Source: Acidobacteriota bacterium
GTDB taxonomy: Bacteria > Acidobacteriota > UBA890 > WLXD01
Assembly (NCBI GenBank): GCA_965205505.1
Contig: CBDBHB010000008.1
Coordinates: 608,001 to 672,000 of the forward strand
Length of the DNA stretch: 64,000 nt
Reading direction: 5' to 3'
Shown one piece after another: positions 1 through 11,476 of the stretch (the first letter of the stretch is position 1; the number at the start of each line of letters is the position of its first letter). The notes under the pieces are model-generated. The model saw nothing but the letters and a program-made list of their open reading frames with translations, was not told the DNA's origin and did no database searches. Both the position numbers and the translations under genes were made by a program.

Positions 1-905
1 TACGCCTTGTCGCTTCCTCCGATCGAGACCCCGACCACGAGCGAGCGCGACTCGAAGCCGGCCGGGAGATTGGATACGGGCGGTGCAGGAACGCCGTCAA
101 ACTCGGCGCTATCGAAGTCCTCGTCCCAGTCAACGGCGGCGTAGTGCTCCTCGTATTCCTCGTCCGGCAACAGGATGAGCGACCCGGGGTGCTCCCGACG
201 CCAGATGGCGAGATTGACCTCATCGAAGTCGAGCATGATGAGCCGCTTGCCGCGCAGCGGGCCACGCACCGCCTCGCCGGTGACCTGCTGCCACCAAGTG
301 CCGGTTTGCACGTCGCGCATGATGAAGTTCTGGTTGTTGATCGCGGCCAGCACGAAGGTCAGCCATCGGCCATCGACGACGGAGCTCCACACCAGACCGG
401 TGTGGCACAGCGTTCAGTAGGTGGCAACGAACGGCTCGCCACCGAGCTCGTCGTTGACCAGATGGTGGTAGCTGAGCATCCCGACCGGGTAGGCCTTGGC
501 TTCGCCGCCGACCTGCAGACCGAGGACCATGTTCGCGTCGTCGAGATGATCGGTGTCGGCGATCAGCCCAAACGCCAGCGCTTCGACTGGCCTGAACGCC
601 CACTCGTACAAGTTCTGGCGTGCGATAAGCGTCGACCCCAGCAACAGTGCCAAAGCCAAGAGGCCCAGCGATTTCCCAACTCTGCCCGGTGGGCGCGGGC
701 GGCGCCAGTAGCCGAACAAGCAAGCGGCGCCGAACAGTGAGATCGTGAGCGTCAGCGGGACCTGCCAACGGCTCAGGGCATAGGCCACGGTGAGGTCGGC
801 GTCGCTCTGCGGGGAAAACGGCTGCAACAAGAACAACGGCGTGGCAACGATGGCGGCCGCCACGACAACCGCCGCAGCCAGCAACCACGGATACGCTGGA
901 TGCAT
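1..905 (-). CDS. DUF3179-family (seleno)protein with N-terminal membrane helices; 3' end runs off the window; in-frame TGA at 414-416 is probably Sec
   Basis: ORF 414..905 ends ...AKAYP...HHLVNDELGGEPFVATY-TGA. The same frame continues open to base 1 as TLCHTGLVW...NFIMRDVQTGTWWQQVTGEAVRGPLRG...KAY, which are DUF3179 motifs. TGA occupies the first Cys position of the family's YCxxC motif. Confidence 0.8.
387..405 (-). promoter_or_regulatory. Putative bacterial SECIS hairpin
   Basis: Minus strand reads TGA-ACGCTGTG-CCACACC-GGTCT-GGTGTGG: a perfect 7-bp stem with a G-led loop starting 15 nt after the UGA. Confidence 0.65.
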
Positions 906-1165
906 CGCTCTCCTGTCAGGCTCCGGCTTCTGCGCCTCGTGTCTGGGACCGATTCTCCGAACTTACATCAAGTCAGTCGGGAGTGCTGCTGAACGATGCG
1001 ATCGATGTGCCCACGTCCCATCGCTGGCGACCGCGCTGGCTATCGCCAGGGCACCGCTCCTGCGTGCCGGCGGCCGCGACGATTCGTCCCTCACCAACTC
1101 CGAAGTCGTCTAAACTCTGCCAGCCTGCCGGTTAACTTGAGAGTTCTCTCCGGAGGCCGCTGCCC

Positions 1166-2527
1166 CTACACCGCGATCATTTCCAGTGGCAACTCCGAGA
1201 GGCGTCGCGGACCTTCGGCCTCATAAACGAACGTGTCGATGAGTGGGCCTCGCATCCACAAGCTCTCATAGTTCGTGACCGTGCCGATTGGAATTGCCCA
1301 TTCAGCTGGATCAGCGTCAACCCCACTGAGCGACGGCCCTCCTTCCGCGACGGTAAAAACGAAGTTCCCCACCCAATCCGGCGGGAAACTGATGCCGAGC
1401 TCGTAGCCTAAAGCCCAACCTGTGCTGCCCCACAGGCCGGTGGTTCTGTAGTAGTCCAACAGAGCGTCATTGATCTCCTTGAGGGTCGCCCCGGGCTTGG
1501 CCGTCTCGCAAAGAACGTCAAACGATCCGGCCGACTTCTCGTGGTCTCTTATCATCTCGGCCGAGGGCTCGCCTACGATGTAGCTTCGGTACCCATTGGC
1601 ATGATAACGGTGCACGACACCACAAAGGTCGGCGCCGAAAACGTCACCGGCTTTGATGCGCCGGCGCGACGGCAAGATATGCGACCGACGACCTGCGCCC
1701 CACGCCCCTGTCCCTCCGCGCCACACGCCCACGCCTTGGATGAGAGCGGGCGTCTCGCCGCCGGCAACGTACATCGCCCGCATTGCTTCGCCGTAGACCT
1801 CCAACTCCGTGACTCCCGGTCGAAGCGTCGCTTTGATCGCCTCAAGACCAATATCGCAGATACCGGCTGCTTCCTCGATGTAGGCAATCTCCTGCGGAGA
1901 TTTGACCAGCCTGACCTCTCGCAGCACATCGCTACCGTCGACGACCGTACAGCCCCGCCCTCGGAACCCCCCTTGGAAACGCGCGCTGATCGCGGGGTTC
2001 GGTCGATAGCTCCAGAGCTCGACACCGACGTTGCCACCCAGCCAGCCGCTCGACTCGAGCTCCGCGAGCATGAAGTCCACCTGGTCTTGGCCTCGGAAGT
2101 AGCGGATCTCCACCGGGGCCGGACTTCCTTCCAGAAGGTGGCTGTGATACCGGTCGTCAAAGTGGATCACCTTGTCGTGATCGACATGCACCGCGGTTCC
2201 GGACATGGCAGGCCAAGCCATGGGCGAGTTCGCCTGATACCAACTCGAGGCCATGCCGTGCAGATAGCAGATGCCCTCGGGCATCATCACCCACAATAAG
2301 TCGATGTTGTCCTGCGCCATCCTCTTGCGCACACGTCGAAGGCGATCCTCGTACTCTGCTGCGGAGAACGCAGGGCGCCTCTCGTCGACTCCGACGGATT
2401 CGGACGCTCGACCTTGCCCACGATTGGGCGAGTGGCCAGCGAGCGCTATGCTGCTGGGGGTGCCGAGCATCAATGCCGCGGTCGACGAACCCATGAATGC
2501 GCGCCGGTCGAACTTGTGCTTCTTCAT
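1166..2527 (-). CDS. Tat-exported M24 / Xaa-Pro peptidase-fold protein (creatinase / ectoine-hydrolase-like)
   Basis: DRRAF twin-Arg signal; FSAAEYEDRLRRVR creatinase N-domain; RLVKSPQEIAYIEEAA; GYELG in the pita-bread domain. Confidence 0.75.
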   Translation of the reverse strand: MKKHKFDRRAFMGSSTAALMLGTPSSIALAGHSPNRGQGRASESVGVDERRPAFSAAEYEDRLRRVRKRMAQDNIDLLWVMMPEGICYLHGMASSWYQANSPMAWPAMSGTAVHVDHDKVIHFDDRYHSHLLEGSPAPVEIRYFRGQDQVDFMLAELESSGWLGGNVGVELWSYRPNPAISARFQGGFRGRGCTVVDGSDVLREVRLVKSPQEIAYIEEAAGICDIGLEAIKATLRPGVTELEVYGEAMRAMYVAGGETPALIQGVGVWRGGTGAWGAGRRSHILPSRRRIKAGDVFGADLCGVVHRYHANGYRSYIVGEPSAEMIRDHEKSAGSFDVLCETAKPGATLKEINDALLDYYRTTGLWGSTGWALGYELGISFPPDWVGNFVFTVAEGGPSLSGVDADPAEWAIPIGTVTNYESLWMRGPLIDTFVYEAEGPRRLSELPLEMIAV

Positions 2528-2799
2528 AGAGGCCTCCAGGCCCCTACGTCAACGGCCGTATGGGGCCACTGAATACGTGACATGTGGGTGGCCCGTGGTG
2601 CCAGCACGCGAGCGGTGGCGCGTCGCGGATCTCGCGAGGGCGCCGTCCCCCGCCGTTCGCCGGGCGAGCGGGTTCGTCGTGACGCCCGCGATCGACAAGC
2701 CGAGGCCTGTGGCAACAGGCTGATATCGAAGCATAGACCCGCGGTTTTCTCCAGGGATTCACAAGGGGGGTGATGACCAAGCTGTTCCTGCGAGTCTCC

Positions 2800-3181
2800 A
2801 GCTACGATAGCGGCTTCGGATCATCTGGAGTCGCATGATTCAGAGTGGCTGTTTCCGAACCATACCGGCGAACGACCGATGCACGAGTCGACGATGTACG
2901 CGGCGTGGAAGCGTATCAAGGAGGCCGCTGGCGTCTCGGCCAAGCTGAGGCTGCACGACTTCCGTCACGGTGGTGCCACGGACCTGATCGGCAGAGGAGC
3001 ACCAAGAGCGATGGTGCAAGCACTGCTACGTCACAAGACCCGTGTGATGACGGACCGCTATACGCACCTCACCGAGAAGCACGCGGCGAGGGCAATTGCT
3101 GTGCGTGAGAAGGTGGCCCCTTTCGACCCAAACCGTGCCAAGAACCGTGCCAAAGCATCCTCGGATGGCACGAAGGGCTGA
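2800..3181 (+). pseudogene. Tyrosine recombinase C-terminal fragment
   Basis: WLFP...LRLHDFRHGGAT...VQALLRHK...MTDRYTH carries the HxxR, H and Y catalytic motifs; no N-terminal half is present. Confidence 0.8.
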
Positions 3182-3373
3182 ACCTCGAATCGCTTAAGTC
3201 CTTTCTTTTCAGTAGTACCGAGGGAGGGACTCGAGATTCTGCTAAGTGGTTGATGGCGCACGGCTTTCGCCGTTTCTCACTGACAGCAATCCACTTACAG
3301 CGGTTCAAGTAGTCGACTCCAGTCTACTGGTGTCTACTGGAGTGAACCCAGTCGTGGAGACGTTTTGGAGACG
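3131..3373. mobile_element. att-like junction: tRNA-Leu-like 3' fragment flanked by arm-type direct repeats
   Basis: 3213-3234 reverse complement is TCGAGTCCCTCCCTCGGTACTA, like a tRNA 3' end. Direct repeats AACCGTGCCAA x2 (3131-3153), GTCTACTGG x2 (3322-3340) and TGGAGACG x2 (3355-3373). Confidence 0.55.
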
Positions 3374-3413
3374 GCGGTGAGCGGGCGGTGCTGACAGATT
3401 CGACTGAGCGACC

Positions 3414-3830
3414 CTACGGGTCCGTCGGCAAGAGCCGCTTCAGCTCGTCGAACCAGTTCTGGACGATCCTGATCTCCCGAGGTCGTTCGGGATCCGCCAG
3501 CACCATCACAAAGCTCTGACCGTCTGAAGCGACATCCCAATTCTGATAGATGTCCGCCACGTAGTCGCCCTCGAAGAGCATCCGAGGTGCGCTGGCCTCG
3601 AAGTCGCCTTCTGTTTCAACGCCGACCACCATCACCTGCCTTCCCTGCCGATAGAAGAGCTCACGCCCATCGGGGGACCAGAGAGGGTCGGTGCCGCCGT
3701 TGGTCGAAATTGGACTTGTCACCCCCCAAAAGCCGAGCTGTTGGCTATCGGGGGAGAAGAACGGCGCTCTGGCTTGCTCTGTGCCGTGGATAGGTGTGGC
3801 CGGAGCCAAAGCTGGCGGTTGGCGTTGAAT
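3414..3830 (-). pseudogene. Remnant of the C-terminal PD40/TolB-like propeller of a Ser/Thr-kinase-type protein
   Basis: PFFSPDSQQLGF joined directly to ISTNGGTDPLWSPDGRELFY...IVQNWFDELKRL, indicating an internal deletion; no start or kinase domain. Confidence 0.6.
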
Positions 3831-3879
3831 ACCAGCGACCGGCCATCGGGTGAGATCGCAAAGCCCAGGGTGGAGGTGT

Positions 3880-6524
3880 TTACGAAGCGTCCGAGCGTCG
3901 CGCGCCGCGACGCCGAACAGCATGCTCTGCACGTCTTACACCGGCGGTGGCCAGCGAGCCGAGAATGCCGACGGTCAACCCCAGCGCTGCCAGTCGCGAT
4001 CCGTCGCCCAGCACCATACGTACGATGGTGTCGCCGCGAGCGCCCAGCACCATGCGCACGCCGATCTCGTGCACGCGCTGGCTGCCAGTGCCTCCGAGTA
4101 AGCCATCACGCCGTACACACCGATGCCGGTAAGCAACAGCGCCAGGCCGCCGAATAGCGACAACAGCGTCAGGCTGAACCGCCGCGGGGCGAGACGCGCG
4201 GCGGCGGCGGCGCGCATCGTCTGGATCTCGAAGAGCGGTAGGTCGGGGTTGAGCGCCCGCGCCACACTGCGGATCTCGGTGGCCACTGTCATGGGCTCGG
4301 CCGCGGTGCGGCACTACCAGGTCCATTCCCCAATCGCCAAAGTGGCCGAAGCGCGCTTGCGCCAGCGTCGTGTAGATCACCGGGTCGGTGGGCTGCTCGA
4401 GGTCGGTGAGCCGAACGTCGTCGACGATCCCCACGACGGTGTACCAGGCGGCCGACGGATTCTCGGGGTCTTCCATGGTGATGCGGCGCCCGAGAGGATC
4501 CTCGTCGCCGAAACCAGCCGCCGCAGCCGAGACGCTCAGCACCGCGACCCGCTCGGCACCCAGATCATCGTCGGCGCGGAGCAATCGGCCGCTCAGCAAC
4601 GGAATACGTAGGGTACGAAGGTAGCCTGGGACAACGACCCGCGCGGAAGCCGGCGGCAACTCGTCGAGTGCCAATGGCTTGCCCTCGACGTTGAAGCGCG
4701 CGTTCCACATGTTGCTCGCCCCGAAGGGGCGCCGGTTGACGATCGCGGCGGAGCGCACCCCGGGCAGCGCGTCGACGCGCCCCAGCAGCTGTCGATAGAA
4801 CTCCCCTACCTCGACCCGCTCGGCTTGAAGCCGAGCGATGAGGTCGTCCAGATCGATTTGCCCGGACGGCGAGAACATCGGCGGCTCGACTCGTAGTGTG
4901 AGCAGGTTGCTGACGTCGAAGCCCGGATCGACGTCGACCACGTTGGCGAAGCTACGCACCAACAGCGCGGCACCGGTGAGCACGATGAAGGCGACTGCTA
5001 TCTGCCCCACCGCAAAAACTCGCCGCATGCGCTCCCCACCGGCGCCTACCGCCGACCTGGCGGAGCGCATCGGCAACATTGCTGCGCGCCGAGCGCCACG
5101 CCGGCGCAACACCGAAGACCACGCCCACCGCCGTGGAGACCGCGATCGAGAACAGCACCACGGTGGCATCCAACGAGATCTCCTGCGAGCGTGGAATCGC
5201 CGCCTCGCCGAGCCGCACGATGGGGCGCAGTAGCAGCTGCGCGAGCGCCAGCCCGTTGGCGCCGCCGAGCATTGCAAGCACCATGCTCTCGGTCATGAGC
5301 TGTCGTACGAGGCGCCCGGTGGAGGCGCCCAGCGCCACCCGCAACGCCATCTCGCCGCCGCGTACCGAGGCCCGGGCGAGCAACAGGTTCGAGACATTGG
5401 CGGCGGCAATCAACAGCACCATGGCAACGATCGCCTGAACGATCAGCAGCTGGCGCGGCGCCGAGCCAATAGAGCTGTCGAGCAATGGCTCGACGAACCC
5501 CTGCATGGTGCCGTTGGACTCGGGATATTCCTGCGCCAGCGCCGCCATGATCCGGTCCATATCGTCGCGCGCTTGTTGCAGCGTCACTTCAGGAGCCAAG
5601 CGCGCGATGGCGCGCACCCAGTACGAGGCTCGCGGACCAACGTCGACGAGGCGTATGTCCCAGGGCTTCCACACATGAGTTCCGGTGGGAAACGCGAATC
5701 CGGCCGGCATGACCCCCACCACGGTGAGCGGCCGATCGTCGAGCACGATCTCCTGGCCGAGCGCAGCAATCGCGCCCCCGAAGCGGCGCATCGCCAGCCC
5801 GTCGCTAATGAGCGCCACACCGTCCGCACCGGGATGGTCCTCCTCGGCCGAGAGATCACGGCCCGCCGCCGGCGGCGTCTGTAGCGTTGATAGAAACGGC
5901 GACGAGACCATCGTGTACTGCACGCGCTCGGGCTCGTTACTGCCCGTCAGGTTGCCGGCACGCGTTACGTACACCGCCATCGGCCCGAACACGCGATTGC
6001 GCTCTTGCCAGTCGACGAAGTCGTGCGCCGACACACCGTAGCGCAGCCAGCCCCGTTGCGGCTGGCTGTCCCACAGCGCCACCAAGCGCTCCGATCCCGG
6101 ATACGGCAAGGGCCGCAGCCACACCGAGTTGAGCACGCTGAAGATCGCTGCGGTGGCCCCAATGCCGAGCGCCAGGGTCAGAATTGCCGCGACCATGAAC
6201 CCGGGGCTCAGTCGCAGGGCCCGTAGCGCGTACACGACATCCTGTCCGAGCGATGTCAGCAGGCGGCCCGAGTGTTGCTCAGGCCTATCGGCTCGCCCGC
6301 CTGCACGCTCGCGCACCGCGAGCAGCAATGTCTCCATCAGCGATCGCACGGCGAAGACGAGCGCCGAACCCTCGCCCGCGACCACGTGCAGCGAAGTAGC
6401 CGTCGCTGAACGCGTCGAGCTGGTCGCGACCGAAGCAAGCGCGGACCCGCGCTGGGTACACGAGCAGACACAGGCCGTATAGGCGCACCGCGAAGGGACG
6501 CCGGCCGCGCCGTAGCTGCTTCAT
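3880..6524 (-). CDS. ADOP-family duplicated ABC permease (MacB_PCD/FtsX), frameshifted several times and 3' truncated
   Basis: Pieces 6285..6524, 4952..6385, 3880..5277 and 3975..4292 together give QDVVYALR...LALGIGATAAIFS, ANVSNLLLARA, VDPGFD and EIGVRMVLGA. Confidence 0.8.
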
Positions 6525-6886
6525 CCGGACCGTGCTCCCGGGATCAGGTGGCGCGCCCGCGCCGCGCTCACCTGCTGCTCGAGCCGTGCTGCCTCGGCCT
6601 TCGCGGCGGCGCGCCCGATCGCGGTGATGCGATAGACGCGGCGGCGCTCGTCATCGGTCTCAACAGTGGCGCGATGCCCGATCTCCTCGATCAGCTCGCC
6701 AGATAGCATGCTACGCAGGTGGCGGTACAACGTTCCCGGCAGCATGCTCACCGCGCCGTCACTCCGTGCCGCCACGTCGCGCATGATCACGTAGCCGTGG
6801 CTGTCGCCCTCGGTGAGCCGCATGAGGATCTCGAAGACCTCGGCTTTCAGGGGACCCGCTGTACCAACTTCGTCGCTGCGTATCAT
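6521..6886 (-). CDS. PadR-family transcriptional regulator
   Basis: HGYVIM...PGTLYRHL...RRRVYRITAIGR; overlaps the ADOP start codon; start at MIRSDE is inferred. Confidence 0.85.
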   Translation of the reverse strand: MIRSDEVGTAGPLKAEVFEILMRLTEGDSHGYVIMRDVAARSDGAVSMLPGTLYRHLRSMLSGELIEEIGHRATVETDDERRRVYRITAIGRAAAKAEAARLEQQVSAARARHLIPGARSG

Positions 6887-6908
6887 CGGCGTCCTGGAAT
6901 CAGTGTCC

Positions 6909-6938
6909 ACACGATTCATGTATACACGATTCATGTAT
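6909..6938. promoter_or_regulatory. 15-bp tandem direct repeat upstream of padR, candidate operator
   Basis: ACACGATTCATGTAT x2, exact. Confidence 0.5.
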
Positions 6939-6967
6939 AGACGATCACGGTAGGGCGATGCAAGGCA

Positions 6968-7013
6968 CTAGCAGGCTAGGAATGCGACCCGGAGCGGAAG
7001 TGTGGCCTGCTAG
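6968..7013. repeat. CTAG-bounded mini inverted-repeat element
   Basis: CTAGCAGGC...GCCTGCTAG; the right CTAG contains the stop codon of the 7010 gene. Confidence 0.55.
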
Positions 7014-8200
7014 AAGAACCAGGACAGCCGCAGGTTCAAGAAGCTGTCGCGGTGAAACGGGCGCAGGTTGTTGAGCGGGTCAACGCCGAGAAACAAGCGA
7101 CCCTCGAGCTCCAGATCGAGATGGTCGGAGATGCGGCGCTCGGCCTCGACGCGCGCCGCTCTGGAGCCGTCCTGCACGTCGATGACGGCGCCGGCGAGCA
7201 CCTGGGTGTCCTGCACGTCGTTCAGCGCCAGCCGTCCACCGAGGAACAGATCGTGGTCGAAGGGGGTCACCGGGGCGGTGGCGTCGCGGCCATCGACGAG
7301 GAATTCCGTCAGCAGGCCCACATCGGCAGCGCCCCCGCCGAGCTGGTAGAGGGTGTACTCGAACCCGGCCACAGCCGCCGCGAAGGTCCTTCCCTCGCCT
7401 TCGCGCACCACCGCTTCCAGCTTCCAGAGCCAGGCGTCGCGCGTGTACTGAATGTCGAGGCCGAGCTGGTTGATGTTGCGGTAGGTTGGTACCAGCGACC
7501 TACCGCGGTCCCCGACGGTGAGGCCCGGCTCACGGCCGGTACCGTGGAACAGGTGCACGCCGAGGTCCCAATCGCCCAGGTAATGCGAGTAGCGCAACGC
7601 CAGGTCGAGGTCGCGGCGCCCATCCGGGAACCGTCCCTCCCGGCGCACCGGAAGCGGCAGGCCGGGTCGTCCTTCGGGACCGGCGAACGTGCGCTCGCGG
7701 AACCCGAGCAACACTTAGGCATCGAGACGGCCCCAGTCGCGCTGCCAGCCAACGTTGACCATCGCCTGTCCGAGCTTGTCTTCCTCGTCGATGTCCTCGA
7801 GTAGATCGGTCTGATTGATGATGTCGACCAGGTGGCGCGACTCGGTGACGCCCCAGAACACGCGATTGAACCCGGCGAGCACCTCCCAATCCCCCTGCAC
7901 CGTGCGCCAGTAGGCCTCGCGCAGGTCGAAGTGGGTACGCTCGTCGTCGCATGCGTCGACTCGAACGAACGGGGAGAGCTTGAACTGATGCGCGCGGTTC
8001 CCGGTGCGGTACCCGACCTCGGGGGCAAGCACCCCGGACAGCTGTAGGCCGGAGAACTGTCGCTCGTTCGCCGGCGACTGCAAGAACAGCCTGGGCTCCA
8101 ATGCCACGAAGCCACTGAGGTCGAACCCCTGGGCCGCCGCCTCGCCGGCGCCACCCAGCAGGGCGGCGCCGGCCACGATGACCATCGTCAGGAATCGCAT
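7010..8200 (-). CDS. Outer-membrane beta-barrel-like protein of the MMPL/LolA-like operon, interrupted by an in-frame TAA at 7715-7717
   Basis: Signal peptide MRFLTMV; DLREAY; VFWGVTESRHLVDIINQTD; C-terminal aromatic residues (SWFF). Both ORF halves are in the same frame. Confidence 0.7.
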
Positions 8201-8244
8201 CTCACTCTCGGCAGTCGGGGTGCGGGCTCGTCGAGCTGATCCGG

Positions 8245-11200
8245 CTACCATAAGCGCTGCAGCGCGCCGCGCACGAAGTCGGGTCGTCGAGTCCGGTGCC
8301 GAACCTGTAGTCGGCGTAGTTCAGGTCGGTTTCCTTGCCGGTCTTGTGATTGACCATCTTCATCAGGTGCGGGCGCCAGTACTGGTCGTCGTACTGGCGG
8401 TAGTCGGTCAGCTCGAGCGATTTGAGCAACTCTCCGCGACGGTCGTAGAAGTCGACCTTACGGATCTGAAAGTCCTGTTGATCGACCCAGGAGATTTGCT
8501 TGGTGTAGCCGGAGTGCTCGTAGCGGGGCGTACGCTCCAGAACGTCGCAGACCAGGTCGCCGCAGCTCTCCTCACGCAGGTAGCGGTAGTCGTACTTCTC
8601 GAGCTCCAGTGCGGTGAAGTCTTCGAAGGCAAACTCGCTGCCTACGAAGGGGCCCGACTTGTTGACCGACGAGATGCGCTTGACGCGCCGCAGCGCCGGT
8701 AGGTACAGCCACTGATCGTCCGGGTCGAGGATCTTGGCGTGCGACAGCAACGCCGTACCGTTGATGTCGGCGGGACTGTCGAAAATCACCAGGCTACGAT
8801 CGCCCAGATCGTCGCGCGGCACCTCGAGAGTGCGGATGCGAAGCACCCGTGTGGATTCCTTGCCGGCCGCATTGCGCAGAACCATGGTCAGCTCGACGTC
8901 GCTGTCGCCGAAGCCGCGATCGCTGTGGTCGGCTCGGGCAGCGATCTGGTAACCCTTCTCGGCCGCGTCGAGCACCGTGCCTGCGGCGTCGGCGCCGACG
9001 GACTGCGCGTCGGCGCCAGCGCCGATTCCCAATAGCAGGGTCAACGCCAGCGCGGTCGTCGCCTTGCCCAATCGCCAATCTGCAGATGAGGTCGTCATGT
9101 CGTTCTCCTTTGCTTTGGATTTGTGGCCAATCAACAACAGTGCGGGGAGCAGCAGCAGGTCGGCCAACAGCGCCAACAGCACGGCGATGGCAGTCAACAG
9201 ACCCATCTGCGCGTTGATGCGGAAGGTCGAGAAGGCGAGCACAACAAAGCCGAAGGCGAGAATGACGGTGGTGCTGACAAGCGCTCTGCCAACGGTGTCG
9301 AAGGCGTAGCGCACCGCCTGAGCCTGATCGAGGCCCTTCTCGCGGCGGGCGCGCAGGTACTTGGTGAGAAAGTGCACCGAGTCGTCGACGACGATTCCCA
9401 AGGAGGTCGCGGACACGGTGGCGGCCGCCATGCCTACTTGGCCAACCAGCAGCGCCCACACACCGAAGGTCATGAGGATGGGAATTGTGTTCGGGATCAG
9501 GCTCAGGCCGCCGATCGCCACGCTGCGCAAGGCAAGCATGATAACCGCCGAGATCAACAGCACCGCCACGGCGTTGCCTCCCAGCATGCTTTGGATGTTG
9601 CGCTGTGAGATGTACGCAAACATCACCGAGGCGCCGGTGGGTTGAGCGTGCATGTACGCCGGCGTCTCGGCCCGCAACCAGCCGGTCGAGCGGTCGAGCA
9701 GAGCGCGGATCTCGCTGGTGGGGATGTCGTCAACGGTTGCGGTGACCCTGGTCGCCGACTTGTCGATGCTGATGCGGTCGTTCAGATCCAGGCCATACGG
9801 GAGCGACAGCTCGTAGAGCAGCAGGTACTGCGCCGCCAGCTGTCGATCGCTCGGGATGCGATACCAGCTCGGATCGTCGGCGTTCATGTTCTTGTTGAGG
9901 CGCTTGATCACATCGGCGTAGCTGTAGACGTGGCGTACCTCGGGTTGCTGGCGCAGCCAGCCAGTGAAGCGCTCGAGGTTGGCCAGGTACACCGGATCGC
10001 TGACCCCCTCAGCGCCGTCAGCTCCGACCGAGTACTCGATCAGGTAGATGCCGTTGAGGTTTTCCATGCCCCACTCGGCGGCGCCGCGAAACTCCACGCG
10101 GTAATCGAAATACTTGACGAACTCGTCGTTGAGATCGATCGTCGGCACGAGCGCCACCAGCACGAGCGTCAAAGTCCCCATGGTGACGAGCACGGTCCGA
10201 TGCCGCCGCACGACGAGGTCGGCAAGGGCGCCCAGCGGGCGCGCCAATCCGCGCCGTGAGGCGACCGCCGCGGGCACGCGAAGCGGCACCATGCTCAGGA
10301 AGGCAGGCAGGAACACGACCGAAAACAGCAGTGCGGCCACAATACCTACCGCGGTGATATTGCCCATGTCGCGGAACGGCGGCGCATCGGAGAAGTTGAG
10401 CGCCAGAAAGCCGATGACCGTGGTGATGCTGGTGATGACCAGTGCCACCAAGTTGATCCTCAACGACTCGCGCAGCGCATCGATCTTGCGCATACCCTCT
10501 CCCATCAACTGCCGAACGGTGATCAGCATGTGCACGCTGTCGGCAATTCCGAGCGTCATGATGATCACCGCAGCGGTCACCGAGATGGGGTTGAGCTTCA
10601 GACCGGCGTAGCCGGCCAACCCCAGCGCGCTGCTGGTGGCGAAAGCGATCACCGCCAGCGTTCCCGCTGTGCCCGAGAAGCTGCGCAGCACCAGCAACAT
10701 GAAGACCACCAGCACCAGGAACATCGCCGGCATCAGCGTTGTGGCGTCCTGCTGACCGGCCTCTGCGAAGGCGTTGTTGAGCATCGACACACCGCTCAGG
10801 GCGACGGTCAATCCCGGCTGCCGGGCACGTAGCTGGTCGGCCAGGTCACGAGCGCGGCCCACTGCCGCGGGCACCTCGGTGAGGCTCTCCTCGGGATACT
10901 GGAGGGTGACGTTGATGCCGGTGGTGCGCGCATCGGGCGACAACAGGTTGCCGCGCAGCAGCTGCTCGTCGAGCGCTATCTGGCGACGTCGAGAAAGCTC
11001 ATCCGCCGACAACGAGCGCCCATCACGCACCAGGTTCTCAACGGTAAGGTCGTCGCCATCCGCCCAGCTGTGCTGGAAGTTGGTCACCGAATCGACACGG
11101 ATCGCGTACGGAATCTTCCAGGATTCGGCAGTGAGCCACTCGATGTCGGCGAGCAGCTCAGGCGCGAACACATCGCCTTCGGCCGGTTGCAGCACGAACA

Positions 11201-11435
11201 GGATGTTGTCGTTCTTGGTGTAAGTGGCCTGAAACTCTTCGAAGGCCAACAGCTCGGGGTTGTCCGAGCCGAAGAACACGCGGTAGTTGTTGGCGAACTC
11301 GAGGTGACGCGTACCGCTGGCAGCAGCTGCAACGATCAGCAGCGTGATCGCCATGATGCGCCACGGATGCGCCAGTACGCTGTCGGCGATACGCAGCGCC
11401 AGACGGTCCATCAAACCTGGCTGTGTCGATGACAT
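8245..11435 (-). CDS. MMPL/RND transporter in frame with an outer-membrane lipoprotein-sorting (LolA-like) domain
   Basis: Two MMPL repeats (LGIADSVH; LGIVVDDSVHF), then DDQWLYLPALRRVKRI...FVGSEFAFED. A frameshift near 8280 would restore ...FVRGALQRLW-TAG at 8245. Confidence 0.85.
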
Positions 11436-11476
11436 GGTTGCTTCCCTCCCTGGGCAGAGGCCGGTTCGAAGATATC

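Noticed and set aside
7715-7717. In-frame stop as possible recoding
   Set aside because: The codon is TAA, not TGA or TAG, and is not in a redox motif; most likely a Tyr codon mutation or sequencing error.
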